Origin: Scyliorhinus canicula
Lineage: Eukaryota
NCBI RefSeq assembly: GCF_902713615.1
Contig: NC_052158.1
Span: 153,095,400-153,159,399 of the forward strand
Reading direction: 5' to 3'
DNA length: 64,000 nucleotides
The translations under genes were made by a program, and so were the position numbers. Shown in pieces: positions 63,001-64,000 of this stretch (position 1 is its first letter; each line of letters opens with the position of its first letter). The notes beneath the pieces are model-generated. The model had not been told where the DNA came from. It searched no databases and was given only the letters and a program-made list of their open reading frames with translations.

Positions 63001-64000
63001 GCCAGCGACTGATAGAGATGAGGCTATGACAGGTGAGGACCTTGAGAGGATTGTTATCACTAAGGAGGGAGTGATGGGCAAGCTAATGGGGCTAAAGGTA
63101 GACAAGTCTCCTGGCCCTGATGGAATGCATCCCAGAGTGCTAAAAGAGATGGCTAGGGAAATTGCAGATGCACTAGTGATAATTTACCGAAATTCACTAG
63201 ACTCTGGGGTGGTCCCGGTGGATTGGAAATTAGCAAACGTGACGCCACTGTTTAAAAAAGGAGGTAGGCAGAAAGCAGGAAATTATAGGCCAGTGAGCTT
63301 AACTTCGGTAGTAGGGAAGATGCTGGAATCTATCATCAAGGAAGAAATTGCGAGGCATCTGGATAGATATTGTCCCATTGGGCAGACGCAGCATGGGTTC
63401 GTAAAATGCAGGTCATGCCTAACTAATTTAGTGGAATTTTTTGAGGACATTACCAGTGCAGTAGATAACGGGGAGCCGATGGATGTGGTATATCTGGATT
63501 TCCAGAAAGCCTTTGACAAGATGCCACACAAAAGGTTATTGCACAAGATAAAGATGCATGGCATTAAGGGTAAAGTAGTAGCATGGATAGAGGATTGGTT
63601 AATTAATAGAAAGCAAAGAGTTGGGATTAATGGGTGTTTCTCTGGTTGGCAATCAGTAGCTAGTGGTGTCCCTCAGGGATCCGTGCTGGGCCCACAATTG
63701 TTCACAATTTACATAGATGATTTGGAGTTGGGGACCAAGGGCAATGTGTCCAAGTTTGCAGATGACACTAAGATGAGTGGTAAAGCGAAAAGTGCAGAGG
63801 ATACTGGAAGTCTGCAGAGGGATTTGGATAGGTTAAGTGAATGGGCTCGGGTCTGGCAGATGGAATACAATGTTGACAAATGTGAGGTTATCCATTTTGG
63901 TAGGAATAACAGCAAATGGGATTATTATTTAAATGATAAAATATTAAAGCATGCCGCTGTTCAGAGAGACTTGGGTGTGCTAGTGCATGAGTCACAGAAG
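60052..64000 (+). mobile_element. CR1 LINE with intact 5' end: 5' UTR, ORF1 (zinc finger/leucine zipper + SGNH esterase, about 60596-61550), ORF2 (APE + RT, runs off window); mildly degenerate
   Basis: CSSC...CKKC, IGDSIVR, CLPGA, HIGTND, DGLHL; [45 protein letters not shown]; frameshifts at homopolymers, TAA at 61935. Confidence 0.95.

Overview
Vertebrate genomic DNA, almost certainly a cartilaginous fish (shark-type HE1-like V-SINEs, CR1/HER1-like LINEs), from a V2R/OlfC-like (class C GPCR) chemoreceptor cluster. It holds one 5'-incomplete V2R-like gene (exons 2-6, 1871-8928; exon 1 presumably upstream of the window), one complete 6-exon V2R-like gene (22114-30714, 860 aa) and an orphan exon-2 pseudogene (42463-42748, stop codon plus 6-bp deletion) carried on a partial duplication of gene 2. 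The rest is dense repeat: CR1 LINEs, a Rex1/Babar LINE, a truncated Gmr1-type Gypsy element (gag-PR-IN), putative solo LTRs, tRNA-derived SINEs with two alternative LINE-type tails, Penelope-like hairpins and a 2.2-kb TG-rich tract with an assembly gap. The least explained structure is a ~3-kb inverted duplication (about 43878-46855 vs 55568-58752) whose arms each carry three exon-like segments with conserved splice signals. Gene 2's TATA box appears to sit inside an old SINE/L2 3' tail. Repeat boundaries and family names were read by eye and from recalled consensi, so they are approximate. No new system is proven here; the best leads are listed as findings.
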